Assembly: GCA_013239625.1 (NCBI GenBank)
Contig: MU054049.1
Span: 943,015-1,007,014 of the forward strand
Direction of reading: 5' to 3'
DNA from: Lama guanicoe
Taxonomy: Eukaryota
DNA length: 64,000 nt
Part shown: positions 63,111-64,000 of the stretch, piece after piece
Layout of the letters: the number at the start of each line of letters is the position of its first letter
How positions within the stretch are numbered: the first letter of the stretch is position 1
Notes under the pieces: model-generated
What the model was told of the DNA's origin: nothing
The model's database searches: none
The model's input: only the letters and a program-made list of their open reading frames with translations
Position numbers and translations under genes: made by a program

Positions 63111-64000
63111 AGCTATCCTTTGGAAAAGACGGAATTATCTCCCTCGTGCAAATGTAGACACTGAAGCCGTGGAGGTTAACCCACTCAGGCAGGGTCACAG
63201 AGTGAGGGCATGGTGGAGGCACGTGTGTCCAGTGTTAGCATTTCATCCCAGGGCACTGCCTTGCCTAAGGGCCTTCAGGGGGTGCCTGTTGTTCAGTGCA
63301 TCAAATTCAAATCCTTCTTCCCAAAGTTCAAGTCCTCTGTATCTGACTTTATCTCCCAACTTCCTCTATTTTTACCCTGTGCTCCTCACTGTGAAAATAA
63401 GCCTGAAGCACTAAAATGTCTCATTTAATTCTCATGACCTTATGAAATAGGTCATAGTACAATCTTTGTCTTGCAGAGTTGGGACTGGATGTGTAAGGGG
63501 ATTAAGAAAGTGATACAAAGCTATACTGTTAGTAAGCGGCAGACTAACTCCAGAAAAAGGTCTCTGAACTCCGACCTCTGGTACTTCCTCTAAATCTAAT
63601 ATTGTGCTGTAAGAACTCGGTGGAGACGCCAGATGCAGGTAACTCCAGGAGCAGTTTCCCTCTGCCTGCCTGCTCAGCTGAAACCAAACCCACAAGATCT
63701 TGGGAAAGAGGTCTTAAACCTCTCTTTAGTTGTCCCCTTTCTTTTTTCAGTCAGGATTGAGTTTTCTAGAATGAGGCTCGGTTCTAGGCATTTGGTATTT
63801 ACTTGGTTATCGGGACATCCTGACTCATGTACGCGGGGCCAGGACTGAAGGCTGGTGGGGAAATGAGGAAGCTGTGAGTGGGAGGGCCTGGGGCTGAGTA
63901 ACTGGCCAACGGAAGACACGACATCTGCCTGGAACACCCGCAAGAGTGGGCTGAGGGTCACTCAGTCTGGTTGTTGGCGTGGCTAGGTAGGGAGTGACCC

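Overview
This is mammalian genomic DNA from the middle of WDFY4, a BEACH-family gene, on the + strand. I traced 19 consecutive internal coding exons (9473-59870). All have canonical AG/GT boundaries and compatible phases, and they splice to 2884 nt (1 nt + 961 codons) with no stop. The protein matches about aa 820-1780 of human WDFY4 as I recall it: helical/ARM-like region, ConA/LamG-like domain and DUF4704-like region. The PH-BEACH-WD40 exons lie outside the window. Introns contain L1, L2, MIR, MaLR/ERVL LTR and hAT fossils; subfamily names are by eye and boundaries are approximate. I saw no Alu, B1/B2, Bov, PRE, CAN or ERE SINEs, but there are short cetartiodactyl-type L1 3' stubs, which suggests a camelid (inference). 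I found no evidence of a wholly new biological system. The best leads are a perfect 21-bp hairpin that looks template-switch-born (60880-60931), a TSD-flanked probable L1 3' transduction (33677-34066), a young L1 inserted into an exon's acceptor region (43965-44168), a consensus PU.1:IRF EICE (1041-1054), a consensus CTCF site beside an exon (37781-37794), and several motif-dense unique intronic blocks.
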